Positions 12,796 to 26,042 of a stretch of 56,923 bases of DNA are shown here, in pieces. Origin of the DNA: Girardia tigrina (Eukaryota); contig MQRK01254986.1 in NCBI GenBank assembly GCA_001938485.1, positions 1-56,923 on the forward strand, given 5' to 3'. A program made the position numbers and the translations under genes. The first letter of the stretch is position 1; the number at the start of each line of letters is the position of its first letter. The notes under the pieces were generated by a model, which saw only the letters and a list, made by a program, of their open reading frames with translations, was not told where the DNA came from and searched no databases.

Positions 12796-14320
12796 TTTTT
12801 TTTGTCAGTGATCAAAAGTGCCCGGTTTTTACTTAAATAAATTCGCCGCATGCATCAACTCGAAGGTATCATTTGCACCGGCCCTGGTTTCCACAGGGGT
12901 TCTTTCACTCGTGGTCTCCCCCCGCACCCATCACTTGGGTGAACTTCTCCGCCAAACCCGACACATTTGCTCAGCTAAGTCCTTAATAACTCATCATCGA
13001 AGGCCGAGTCCTCCTCTCATGATGAGTTATCTACATCCTCTGATGAATCTCTAATCCTTGTCCTATATAGATTGGAGACTAACTCATCATCGGATGGATA
13101 AGACCATTGTGCTGCTGAGTATTTAACATTGGATACAGAGCAGCCAATTGCAATTTGTCTTATCACCTTTGGCGGGATCTTCAGAGTTGTTAAGATGTCA
13201 GTGCTCCTCTGCGGCCACGTCCCTGGGCACCCTACCTGGAGGTGAGCACTGTCATCATTGTGTTTGGCATTGCTGCCTTACAAGCAACAGCAAGAGCCTT
13301 GTAATGGTCAAGGTTCTTGCTGTTGCTGTTGTCTAAGTTCTTTTTCGTGTCGTACGGACATTTCACATCTATCAGGTACAGGATCCTCGATCCTGGGACG
13401 TATACCTGAAGATCAACTCGGTCCTGTGAGGGAGCATATCTGCACTCAGCATTTATCGACCTTGCAGTCCAAATACTGAGTAATTTGCTCCCCTATACAA
13501 TAGAGGACCGAGTTGTTCCTATAATTTTTAAATCCCTCGCTATACTTACATTCTGTAAGTACATGGACGAGGGTCTCCTTATTGTGCGGGCACCTACGAC
13601 AGTGCCTTCCGTTCTTAGTACTACCAGGTCGGTAGTTAACAGGTACTGTTTAGGTCATCACTTTATGATAAAAATACCATTCACTATAATTCAACCCCCT
13701 ACCATAAACAGCGCTGCGGAAACTAATTGTGGATTGCAAACCTTCCAGCTCTGTTTTGTACATTCCATTTGTGTGTCCAAGATTTCTCAATCAGTCTTCT
13801 TATTGTCTTGGATACACTGGATTTAGAGAGGGGGTTAGGAGCATATTTTCATTCGTTTCATCTCGTAACACTTCTATATCACCGTTTGGTAATTTACTTT
13901 TCCACACCAGTGATTGGTGTATATGTAGGCATATGCCCCCTCGTTCTGCACCAGACTTACTGAAATCTGGTGCAGTTTTTTTAATGTTATGTATGCGAAC
14001 TTAATTTTCGCCCACCAGTTTTTGATCTTCCCCGATTGTGTCCCAGCGTTCAGCCAGCGTATTGCTGTCTCAATCGACAAGAGACGTGTCTTTCGGGGAC
14101 CTGTCGCTCCACGCTGAAGGGAGAAGGCTGCAGCATCCATTGTTGTCGTATCGCTACACACGATCATTTGGAAACTGTGGGCCAGCGACTGTATCAAGTA
14201 TTCGTCAAGTAAAGACTTGATACCGACTTCCCCATTTTCTTTCGGCGTGTACAGATATGCATTTGAGGCATTCTTCTGCAGTCCCAACACCTTCTTATGC
14301 AACAGTCTGATCACATTTCC
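12796..14320 (-). mobile_element. non-LTR retrotransposon with restriction-like endonuclease (NeSL/R2/R4-type), 5'-truncated and degenerate
   Basis: RT thumb LYTPKENGEVGIKSL. RLE motif RVDL...LIDVKCPYD, then K..HY..L and GALGTW. GC-rich 3' UTR ending in an A8 tail at 12796-12803. Confidence 0.8.
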
Positions 14321-14559
14321 AGACTGTAGCTCATTTCAATTTAATTAGTTCTTTGCTTCAAAATATTGCTAGAAATTCGTCATTTTGTTTTTCCAATTCG
14401 GGAGACGTTTAAGAGATTGATCTCTGTTAAAAGCAAAAGTGGAAGAAATAAAATTTTTGAACCGAGTTGAATTATTTGATTTTTTCTTCGTTTGAAATTG
14501 TGTGATTTGATTTTTTGATTTTATGTGATTAATTGGCATTTTCATTTTACTACCTCACC

Positions 14560-15260
14560 TCCTAAATTTACGACGATCAAGTCAGTGTTTGAGCGACACA
14601 GCAGGTGTAAGTGTTGAAGATATCCCTAGGTGAGGGCAATTAGCTACATCAAAAATGCCTGAACGGCTCGAAAAAGTTCAAAGTTTTATCACTGCAGATC
14701 CTTCAACGTCTGTGTTTCCAGGGGCAGCCGCTCTTGACTTACCGCGAACGAGCTACCACCGCCTGCTTTTGAAACTTGATCTTAAGCCCTACTGTCCGCA
14801 ACACGTGCTAATGCTCTGCGACTTTGATAGGCGAGAAGAGTTTTCCAAAACGATTTTGGAGAGATTCGACGCCGAACTACATTTTATTAACCACATAATG
14901 TGGACAGACGAATCATTGTTTCACCTATCTGTAGCAGTGTCACACACAACAATGTTCGGTGGGGTCCAAAGAATCCACAAGCTTAAGAACAGATTCTAAA
15001 CTGTCGCCAGGGAATTATAGTGTGGTATGGAGTAACTTCGGCGATTGTCTTGAGACCTTATTTCTTTAATGGTCCAGTCAATGCTGATGCATATCTACAC
15101 CTGCTGCAAACAACTGTGGGATCTGCCCGTTACCCAGCTTTATTACACAGCTGGTTAAACCAAAAGTTTCCTCAGTGGTTGATCAGTAGAAGTGGTCTTC
15201 TTTTTCGGAACTTGTTTTGAAGACTCATTCTTTTTTTTTATTTTTGACACCTGAAGATCC
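14560..15260 (+). mobile_element. Tc1/mariner superfamily remnant (rosa/DD41D- or maT-like)
   Basis: LKPY, IMWTDESLFHL, VWYGV...PYFFNGPVNADAYL. Internally deleted. Confidence 0.7.
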
Positions 15261-16181
15261 AGCTATAAAACTCAAGGTGATAGTTCTTGGATAATTGAAG
15301 TTTTTAGTACACAATGACTTACAAAACATGTATATGATAAATCATAATGAAATCATAAAGAAATCATAATAAATATTTTTAATGTAATTAAAATTTATGT
15401 TATAATATATTTATTTAATAACAATTTATCATTTGATTTATATATTTTGTACAAAAAAAATAACATCCGAAATCTAAATTTAATTATTTTTTATTGTTGA
15501 AAAGCCTCAGAAAAGAAAATATTATAGCAAATATTTACTTTTTATTTATTTATAATTAAAACTTTTTATTTGAATGTTTTTTTTTGTTTACAACTTTACG
15601 TTTCTCATTCCTTTGAAAACCTTTTGCGTTATATTTGAACCTTTTCCTTTTCTATCTTAAATATTAAATTATTTTATCTCATATCTTTCATTAAAATATT
15701 ATTAATCTTAATCAGCGAATCTCCATCACTCCTATCATCTGTGTCAACATTCATCCTTTTATCAGATTTTTATCCATTAAATTGTTATACGAATGGACAT
15801 CAAATAGTCCATCCATATTGTGGCCATTTTGCCGCCCTTGATCCCACATTTCTCGTTCAATAACGCAATAACAATTTAGATTATTTGATCCGTCATATAT
15901 AAATTAATTTCAAATTTCTTTGAACTTAAAAAAACTTAAATCTGAAAAAAATAACCAAAAAAAAAACAAAATATTAATTTTTAAAGTGGAAAAATATCTC
16001 TCAGAAAATCCATTAATTATATTAGTCGGTAAAAACCCGCTAAAATGGATTTATTTCGAAATTTGATAGAGAAAAAAACAGATAAGTAATTACTAAAATT
16101 TATTAAAATTATTTATTTATATTTTTATTTTAAAATCCTTCAGTATCACAATTAATTCAGATTAAATAAATGTAATTGCAG

Positions 16182-16564
16182 TCAACTAATGACCCAAACA
16201 GGATACCAATGGGCCGACCTAAATGGGATTCCTATGACCCCACTCTCATCTCAGAATGTTTATTTGCTGCCGCAAATATTTTCAGTACTCTAAAACTGGT
16301 GTACATATTCACAGTGAATCCGAATCTTGGACCTCTTCAAATTTCTTTGGGAAGAATGCTGAATGATATTATGAAGTTTTTCCTTATATATATGTTAGTA
16401 TTAGTGGCTTTCGCATGTGGCCTTAATCAGTTATTATGGTTTTATGCCAAGAAACGCGACGAAACTTGTTCTGATGAAAAAAACAAATATTTTCTGCCAA
16501 CGATAAATTACAGTCAAAACGAACTATATAATTATTGCGTTACCAGAGGAAAATATTTTACAAA
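16182..16564 (+). CDS. TRPC/TRP-gamma-like channel, exon a (S4, S4-S5 linker, S5); upstream exons not found in the window
   Basis: [53 protein letters not shown]. Acceptor TTGCAG (in-frame stop just upstream), donor AA/GTGAGT, phase 2. Confidence 0.93.
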
Positions 16565-16786
16565 GTGAGTTATAAAAATATTACGATTACAATAAATAAA
16601 TAAATTTCTCTATATTTTATTTATATTTTTTAAAATACAAAAAATACACTTGCTCTTTGTAACCTTTAACATTATTCAAGTGAAGGTTGATTAAAAAAAG
16701 TTCAAAATTATTTAAACTAACTTGATCAAGAACAAACTTATACTTTGAAGATTGTAATGCCAAGTTAAAATTGCTAATATAAATTA

Positions 16787-18623
16787 TTATGGTGAACCAC
16801 AAGTCATTTCGTATTTTCTACGTCTTTTTGTTCAATTGTTTCTTATTACCAAATCAAGATATTTTATATAGATGTCTTATATGTTTTAAAAACTCTTGAA
16901 CTGCTCTATTACAATATATATATTAAAACTTTTAATTAGTCGTTAATATAATTTTTATGGTCTTTTAGAAAAATCATGGAAAACTTTGAAATTCGTGTTC
17001 TTTAACGCCATTACTGGAAACAGGGCTTAAACGCAACTGCAGCAACAAAGAAGATATGCGAAGTTGAAGGCGATAATGTGGTCTCAAATCGTACTGCACA
17101 AAATTGGTTCAAAAGGTTCAACGAAGACGACATTGACATCGGAGACAATGTATGTTCAGGCCGACCTATCACCGTAGATTCCGGAGCAATTCGTGAAGCC
17201 GTCGAGACAAATCCGTCAATAAGTATTTGCAGATTGTCGGCAAAACTCGATATTCCTCAAATATCTATTGTACGACACCTTCACGCTCTTGGCAAGATCA
17301 ATAGACGATGTCAAGAAGTGCCTCATGAATTGACACAAATTCACATACAGCACAAATATTTACTAAATGTATAAAAACATTTCAAATACATTCCAGAATT
17401 GTGCATATTGAATTGACACAAATTCAAGCCGAAAAGCGTTTCGAAACGTTTTAAAATTGCTTTAAAATCCGCACGATGACCGTTTCATCCATCGAATTGT
17501 AACTTACGATGAAAAGTGGGTTTACTTCAGTAATCCAGACCAACAAGATCAATGGTTGAACCCCGGACAAATGGCGAAACCGATAGCGAAACGAGATCGT
17601 TTCTTAAGGAAGGCACTTTTGTGTGTTTGGTGAAATTTCGAAGGCCTGATTCACTTCGAGCTGGTTCCAAATGGTCGTACCATCGACGCTGACCTTTACT
17701 GCGCCCAACTTGATCGAATGTATGCGACACTTGGCGAGAAATACCCCGCTTTGATCAATCGAAAGCGAGTTCTTCTACAACAGGACAATGCAAAACCGCA
17801 CACCGCCAAACAAACAAAGGAAAAATCAAAAATCTCGACGCCTTTGAACTTCTTCCACACCCAGCGTATAGTCCGGATCTTGCGCTGTGATGAATATTTT
17901 AATTTGTTTGAATGTGTAAATGTATGGATGTGGTATGTTGATTTAAGTATGTTGAATTTAGAATGGTGATTCTCCCACCCAGATGGAAATTGGTATTTTT
18001 TATTTAAATTTAAAGTGATTGACTATTCGAACACAATTAAAATTAAGTTTAATATTTTTTTAGTAAAATTTAAATTAAATGCATTTTTAATAATTTGATG
18101 ACATTTTTATTATTTTAAGATTTATTGAAAAATGAAAAAAATATTATTTTTTAATTAATATTTTTAGAGGCTAAATATTTTAAAAAATAATTTAGAAAAA
18201 TTATTCGAATAATCATGATTAAAAAGAGTAATAAAAAAACCAATTAGAAGGATGACAAACGATGAAAGACTTTCTGAGAGTCATAATGACTCTAAATGTG
18301 ATTGTAATAAATGTTCAAACGAGGCTTGTTTAAATGTTCTTAATATGCGCCATCCGACTATCACCTTTTCCGCTCTATGGCACACTTTCTTCATAGTCGC
18401 AGCATCAATAATCTGGCCGAGGTCGAAAACGGGTGTCACCAGTTCTTCGCTTCTAAGAACAAGGATTGGTACCGCAGCGGGATCAAACAACTTGCCCATA
18501 GATGGGTTCAAGCTATACATTCAAATGGCCTTTACATTGAAACTTAAATGTTTTTTTATTTGTTGCAAAATTATGTTTAAATTTTTAATAAAAAATACGA
18601 AAAGACTTTTGTATTCACCCTAA
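16787..18623 (+). mobile_element. full-length degenerate mariner (DD34D) carrying two nested inserts
   Basis: TIRs TTATGGTGAA... and ...TTCACCCTAA with TA flanks. Motifs IVTYDEKW, QQDNAKPH and YSPDLA/PSDYHLF. Confidence 0.9.
17886..18345 (+). mobile_element. solo-LTR-like family copy B (460 bp)
   Basis: TGTGATG...GTTCTTAATA with perfect TSD TGCGC (17881-17885 and 18346-18350). Removing it restores mariner YSPDLAPSDYHLF. Confidence 0.9.
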
Positions 18624-18625
18624 TA

Positions 18626-19905
18626 TTAGGTTGTTTAAAAAATAATGTCGCTTTTGAAACTTAAACTTTAAAAACAAATATCTCAGCGTAAAATCCACTT
18701 TATTAATCAAAATAACAACCGTTAGTATCAATGCACTTTTGCCAGGGTTGTACAAGTTTATTTATTCCGGTTGCATAAAATTCTGACTTTCTGGAGCGAT
18801 GAAATTGTTGAAGTCAGTTTTAGTATCCCCTTGATTTTTGAAGTATTTCTCCTGGAGGAATATGTCAAGATGTTTGAAAAAGTGATAATCAGTACGCGAG
18901 AGGTCAGGTAAGTATGGTGGATGACTCAAAGTTAAGTATCCAAGTTCGTTCAACAGTTGCATTGTCAGACGTGCGATGTGTGGCCGAGCATGGTCGAGGA
19001 GAAGAATAAGGCCCTTCATATTGACTAATGCTGGTTGTTGTTGTTGTTGGAGTTTCTGGTTCATTGTGACAATTTCCTGGCAGTATCTCTGTGCCGTAAT
19101 TGTTTCTCTTGGATTTAGGAAGCAATGACAAGTAACACCGACTGCAGACCATCAAACAGTCACCATCATCTTTTTTCGGTACAATTTCGGCCTTGGAAAG
19201 TGTTGCGTAGCTTGATTGGGGTCCAACCATTGAGAAAAACGTTTCCGATTATCGGAAAGAATCCACTTTTCATCACACGTTACAATTCGGCCCAGAAACG
19301 GATCATTCTTGTTCCGCAGAAGAAGTGAAGACGATGCCTCAAAACGACACATTTTTTTATTGTCATTTAATTCGTATGGAATCCATTTATCCAGTTTTTT
19401 CGACTTTCCAATGTCACATAGATGGTTTGAAATTGTTTCTATCGTGACACCTAGTTCCTCCGTAAGTTCTCGAACTGTTGTACGTGGATTCGCTTCTACT
19501 AGAGCCTTCAAATTTTCATTTTCAATAGCAGGTTTCCGTCCACAGCCATCATCATCTTTCAGGGTCTCATCTCCTTATTGAATATTTTTGAACCAACGTT
19601 GTAACATACTTTCGTTTGTGGTTCCATCGCCCAATGCACCGTCTATATTACGGGCGGCCTTCGTTTGTGGCGAAGTTTGAATTCATATAAAAAATTGTTC
19701 GTAATTGCACTTTTTGCATATTGACAACTATTTAAATAAACACGTTATTTTAAAGTTAATATTTAAACAAAGTATCATAGAAAAAGAGTGTTTCATAAGC
19801 TTTAAAATTATGTATAAAACATAAATAAATGATAAAGATTCATTTCAAAACATGATCAAAAATCAGGACCATTCAAAAAACGACATTACTTTTTAAACAA
19901 CCTAA
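18626..19905 (-). mobile_element. full-length (1280 bp) mariner with frameshifted transposase
   Basis: TIRs TTAGGTTGTTTAAAAA...TGTCG at both ends with TA flanks. Motifs WIPYEL, IVTCDEKW and HPPYLPDLSRTDYHFF. Confidence 0.93.
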
Positions 19906-20562
19906 TAATTCTGAATAAACCAATAAATTAAATGAAACAATTTATTTATTGAATTATTTCAAATTATTTAAATACATTCTCAGATTTCATTAAAAATAAA
20001 TAAGATTCAAAGGTATGATCCTCGCTAGCTTTGCTTAGACGGCAGTTTGTCTTAGCAGCAAATACTCCAGTGAAGTTGAGCACCAAGCCAGGAAATTTAG
20101 AAAGTGCAGAGTATGTACCTTGTACTATTTGAAGGACAAAGTACCCATTCATACCGGTCGGCTTTAAATGTCCTTGATTAAGAATTGTCGCCTCTCTTAG
20201 CTCTATTATTCTCCATTCAATTCTGATTTAGATCGATCATATTATAGCTATTATCTCTTTAATCATATGGAAAAAAATCTTAAAGGTCATCATTTTGCTA
20301 CAAAAAAGATTGGAGAGATAAATCTAAAATTTTTTATCCCGCAGTCGTCGTTTTACATATAAAAAATAACTTATGTTCGGGTAAGAGTGAATTAATTTCC
20401 TACTTATACTTTACATAAGTGAATTTTACTTTTTGTCAGTTTCTACTGGGCTATATAATTTATAGGAAATAGAAATGATTTATTTTTCGGTGTTCAACGA
20501 AAAGTTATTAGATGTATCAATTTTTTTTGGTTTTATCGAATGTTTGAATGTCCAATTTAATA

Positions 20563-21150
20563 TTAGGTCGTCCAGTATAAAATTTGTAGAACTAAAGTTA
20601 AAGTTTATTGATAATTTTCCAATACAAATATTTGTCATTCATAAAAGCTTGCACCCTTTTTTTCGACACACGTTTGAGATTTCAGTGGCAGCTTGTTGAG
20701 GAAATTTGAAAAAAAATTGGTGGGTGAGAATATATATATTCCTAGATGGTCATTTTAGGGCATCTTCGAAATTGAATTTTTCCTATAAAAAGTTGTTCAA
20801 ATTGATGTAGAAATGGTAGTTAGTTGGCGCTAGATCCGTTGAATATGGAGAAATATGCAGAAATTCCAACTTAAGATCTGTAGTTTTGTGATGGTCTGAA
20901 GTGTTGTATGGGGTTTTGCATTGTCATAGAGCAAGTTTCCGCTTCACATCTTTCAAATGATTGCATTAAACTTCTGATTTGATCGACGAACTAGGTTTCA
21001 TGTGGTCACAATGATTTACATCTGCGACAGACCACCAAAGAATCACAAACAGCTTCGTTAGATGAATGTAGTGATGTGGACTATTTTGGTGTCCACCGAA
21101 CTTGCTGAGCATTTCATTAAGAAAGCACCATCAAAACTTCAAAGTTGACA
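20563..21150 (-). mobile_element. mariner remnant, internally deleted
   Basis: TA followed by a TTAGGTCG TIR-like end. Minus strand has a degenerate SPYSTDLAPTNYHF motif near 20810-20850. Confidence 0.65.
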
Positions 21151-22138
21151 AAAATTAACTACTTATGTATTTGGTTAGGAAATGTAGCTTGTAAACAAAT
21201 TTTAATTTATATTTAGGTAAAAAGTTGAATACAAAATTTTCATACATTGATCCACGAACCTCAATATTAAAAAAAATAGTTTTAAAGTTTACTCCATTTT
21301 TCATAACAAAGTATTTTACTTTGTATGACATGAGCAAATTTTATATATTTAAAGAGGAAAAGTTATATAATGAAATCGTGAGAAGATTATGGTGAGAGTA
21401 CCTTCAATTTTTTTCCAGAGAACACCCAGATTTAGTATTTCGAAAAAATAGATTTTTAATTAATTATGAAGTTTAGTTTAATCAAATTTAAATCAACTTC
21501 CATTCTCAAATAAGAAATTATTGTAAAATAAATTTCTGTCAAAAACAATTAATTATTTTTTTTATATTTTATATTATATTTTAATAATTTATTACTATTA
21601 GAAAAGTAATTATTTATAAAATCAATGAGTAAACTAAATTTAATAATATTATTGTAGAAAAATATTTTTATTTAAAAATTGAATTCGCGAATAATTTAAT
21701 TAATATAAGAGTGAAATAAAAATTAATTTCATTAATAATTAAATTACATATTTTAAAATTTCCATTCCTGTTATATTTATGGAAAAGGTTTTCTCTTATC
21801 GTTCGAAATCAGAGTTCACTTTAACCTTGTCACAGGAATTTCGAATTTTTGCCCATAAGCTGCAAATAAACGTTTCATTACTTTGGGGTCGTTCTTTAAC
21901 TACTTCTGCGATTTTTCTGTTTTCATACACCGTTCTCTGATCGTCCCGAGTCATCACAAGATATCATAGCCAATATTAAACTGTATCATAAATTTCCCCC
22001 ACGGAACCGCCTACCCTCTTGCTAAAGAATAATCAAAACAAGTAAACTTAATTCAGGTGAATAAAAATATATTTGTAAATTTATTAAAACAAAGGAACTA
22101 GTAAATCAAAAAATTAAAATTTTATATCCATTCTTTAT

Positions 22139-22500
22139 GCAGACAGAGCTCCGCTTTGCCAACAAAGTTTTTAAAATTTAAAAATTTAAGATTTGAAGAA
22201 CTTTTAATTCAAAAAACAATAAAAATCAATATCAATTACTTATAATTTATAAATAGATATCTTGCAATTAATATTGTTCGGGAACTCCGAATTTTCCGTT
22301 TTTTTCCCATTTTGGGATCTTAAAAAGTTTTGTTCGATCAAATTTTCACATAATCATTTATTGTCATCGTGAATGAGTAAGTGTGCAAAGATTGGAGAAA
22401 ATTGATTGAGTAGAAGGCCTTCAAAATAGCTTTCTAAATTTCATGGATACATATATATATATATCATAAACATACAATGGCATTAAATAGTAGAAAAATA
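22139..22500 (+). mobile_element. possible non-autonomous Helentron/DINE-like element
   Basis: GCAGACAGAGCTCCGCTTTGCC start, a GCAAAGATTGGAGAAAATTGATTGAGTAG block and an (AT)n microsatellite. Architecture resemblance only. Confidence 0.3.
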
Positions 22501-23369
22501 TTAATATTTTTAGATTTGTATATTTAATTTTATTAATTTAGTAATTTATTGCGAGCGTATCAAGTAACGATTTGTTCATTGTTTTGTAACTGTTTAGATG
22601 AGACATCACATTTCAGAATACCCCCACCATATTATCACACATTGGCACCTTTAACAGACCTTACTACTTCTGAGATAGAATGCAACAAAACATGGTCTGA
22701 AAACTTTCTGAGGAAATTTATTGTTAATATGATTATTGTTATTCGGATAGTAAATGCATTCATCATCATAAACTTCATCATCATGATCATCAGTAAAAAA
22801 CGAATTACGTGTGTAAAAAGCTAATGTTCTTGTACTTGAAAAATCTATGTGGTTACTATTTTCAACATCTCCTATCAATGAATTAATATGTTTAAGCAAT
22901 AAAACATTAATAGTATTATTCTTTAAACGATCAATTAAAAACTCTTAAATTTCTTGAAGCCATAATTTAACAAAATAATAATAAAATAAGTATCATATAA
23001 AATCATTTATATTTTCCAACCCTTTAAGGCCCATACATTAAAAGACTATCATATTATGTGTTATGCGTATTTAGAGCTTACTTATTGATATCAATTAAAA
23101 CATTTATGAATACCAATTAAAAGTTTAAAAAAATATTTTTTTTCTTCATATTTCCTTCATTTTTTTAAATTCAATATGGCGATTAAAAAGTATGAAAATT
23201 TCAAAAATGCATTCAGTAATTTGAAAAACCGAGTTCTAGTGTAACACAATGGTGAAAGATCACATTTGCTTACGATTTTTGCGTAAACTTAAATCGCCCG
23301 TAAACAGGTACTGTGCTCATATGGGCGGCCAAATTTTCGTACGTTCAGATATAATTAGTCCTCTATCAC

Positions 23370-23757
23370 TATTAACAACATCAATATGATTTTCGAACAT
23401 TTATTATTATCACAAAAAGATTTGTCATTACAACAATTATTCAAACCATTTTCACTATTCGACATTTTCTTGATTAATATATTTCTAAGTTTCTTCCTAA
23501 CTTTTTAAAATAAATGAAAAATATTTATTAATATTAATTAATTATAAAGATTCTAATTGGTTAACGTTAAATCTAAACATTTTTAAATGTATCAATAAAA
23601 TTATTTTTTAAATTTAAATTATTGCATTAAATTATTTTTAATTAGTAAGAATCAAAGAAAATATCAATCATCCATCTGTGCACAGGAGAGGCACAATCCG
23701 AATCAATATACAACATGCTAAATATAAAACAACAAACAATTCAAAACATTCCTCACA
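23370..23757 (-). mobile_element. solo-LTR-like family copy C (388 bp)
   Basis: Minus strand TGTGAGGAATG...GTTGTTAATA. Flanks ATCAC/CTCAC (4/5 TSD). Core CTCTCCTGTGCACAGATGG. Confidence 0.85.
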
Positions 23758-24105
23758 CTCACTGTACCAAATGTCATAAAAATCTGAGTTTGACATGTCG
23801 AGACCCTGCCTTGTTAGAAGCATTTTTTTAATATTTAAGTAACAAATGCTGATTCAGATAATTTAAAATGCTGATTACTAATCTTTTTGAGCGATGTCTA
23901 TGAATGAAACCTCTACCACGGATTGTCCCAATTGTGATCCAAATTGTATTACTAATACAAATTATAATCAATGTTTTAATTCTTTTAATACTTATAACGA
24001 AAATTTACCTTATTTTGCCTTTGCTTTCATTCTTTATAATAATTTTACTAGATCTTATAAAAGATATATCGTGTTACATTTTTTTAAAGAATTTTTTTAT
24101 TTAAG

Positions 24106-24206
24106 TTTATTTGAAATTGTTCAAAGCCTTTATTGGAGTACGTATGGATTGGTTGATTTGAGCAATTTAAATTTGGAATATTCCCATCAATTTACAGAAT
24201 TTGTGG
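24106..24206 (+). CDS. TRPC-like channel, exon b (pore helix)
   Basis: (N)LFEIVQSLYWSTYGLVDL...FTEFV(G). AG and GT ends with matching phases (2 in, 1 out). Confidence 0.92.
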
Positions 24207-24273
24207 GTAAAATTTAATTATTTTAAATACAATCGAACATAATTCACAAGCATTTATTAATTATATTTACTAG

Positions 24274-24368
24274 GAAAATTAATGTTTGGAACATATTCCT
24301 TCATAACATTAATTGTGCTATTAAATATGCTCATAGCAATGATGAACACTTCCTACCAAACGATCGCG
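24274..24368 (+). CDS. TRPC-like channel, exon c (S6)
   Basis: (G)[34 protein letters not shown] acceptor, GTAAGT donor, 67-bp upstream intron. Confidence 0.95.
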
Positions 24369-25829
24369 GTAAGTCGACTTCCCTTTAATTACCTATGTTT
24401 TATGATATTTTTATACTTCCTGATAAAATTATTATTTCGTTAATGGAAAATTATGGACACATTCATAAAATGTAATAGTCACAGATCCATATTTATTACT
24501 TTTCAAAAATTATGGTGAAAATTGGGTTATAATTTTTTTGTATATTGAAAATGATTTTACAAAAATTTTATATTTATAGTCTTATATATTTCACCAGACA
24601 TCATTTCAAGCATCATACTTTTTTGAAGAATAAAACATGATGAGAAGGCATCTTTTACAGAAACACAAAACACCTTCGCTGTTCCTTCTCTAATCACCAT
24701 TTATAAATGGATTAACAACAGCAAAGAGAAAACATTTTTTAGTAAAAAATGAACGGACTTGTTTCCGACCGTCATCTTCCATTTGTCTTGAGAATTTAAA
24801 TAAAAACTTTAATCCCTGATTGAAAAAAAATGCATCTTGAAAATCATACATCATTGAGACATTGGCTGATCTGCATGGCTTTGAGAAGGATACAGGGAGA
24901 GCCATGATTTACCAGGAAACCAGAAACAAACAAATTTTGAAACATTTTCAGGAAGATATGCGCCAATTCAATTTATATCGAGAACGCGATACAGATGGTT
25001 TTTGATTACTGAGGAATCATGGGTGCCATTTTCTTAAATTCCTTTTTGAAATGACTTGAAGAAGTTAACCATAAAAATAATCCAAGATTAACAACAATCA
25101 GAGCCACAACAAGAGGCCAATGCACAATGTGGCTTTTGACTCAAACATATGATAAAACGTTTTTTAAACAAGAATTATTTCAAAATTCCATTGATGAATC
25201 TTGTTACTAACGTCATTGAAAAGTGTAACACATGAAACAATTTAGAGACCAGACAATGATCATTCTCGTGTCTCTAAAAGAACAACAAGTTTCGTTGAGA
25301 GTAAGGAAAGAATGCTTTAAAATAAGGAACTAGAATCATCATAGAAGCTTTTTGAAGACCTTCATGGCCATATTCATCATTGTGAAAATATTATTAAATT
25401 CAATGGTTATTATTGTGTATAATGGATAATATCTTAGTTTAATCTTTTGTTAAATTACACTTTCGGAACTATTATAATTCTTTTCACACGTATTGATGCA
25501 GCAAAACAGTAAATATCTGTCAGTGTAGTATTATTTTATATTTTGTATAATTTGAATTATAATATGTTTGATAAACAAATACTTTTTACAAACTTGTGTT
25601 CGAGAAAATGTGTTACTTCAAAGGTGATTAAAACTTTCTGAAGAATTTTGATTATAACCCAAAAAAAGAATAATTTCGTTAATGTAAAATATAAAAAAAA
25701 ATATTTGAAATACAAATATTTTTCGTCTGAAAATACTAAAAATATAATATTAATTGAATTTGTATAAATATCATTTTAAAAAATATAAATCAAAATAACT
25801 TTAAAAATGACTTTTTTGATGTAATTTAG

Positions 25830-26042
<213 letters not shown>

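Noticed and set aside
1-16180. Upstream TRPC exons (ankyrin repeats, S1-S3)
   Set aside because: No recognisable motifs found by eye. They are probably left of the window, although very short exons could be missed.
18252-18623. 123-aa ORF as a real gene
   Set aside because: It is a chimera of 31 codons from element copy B and out-of-frame mariner sequence.
24600-25400. Possible Tc1/mariner-type remnant on the minus strand
   Set aside because: Too decayed to give motifs or boundaries I can defend.
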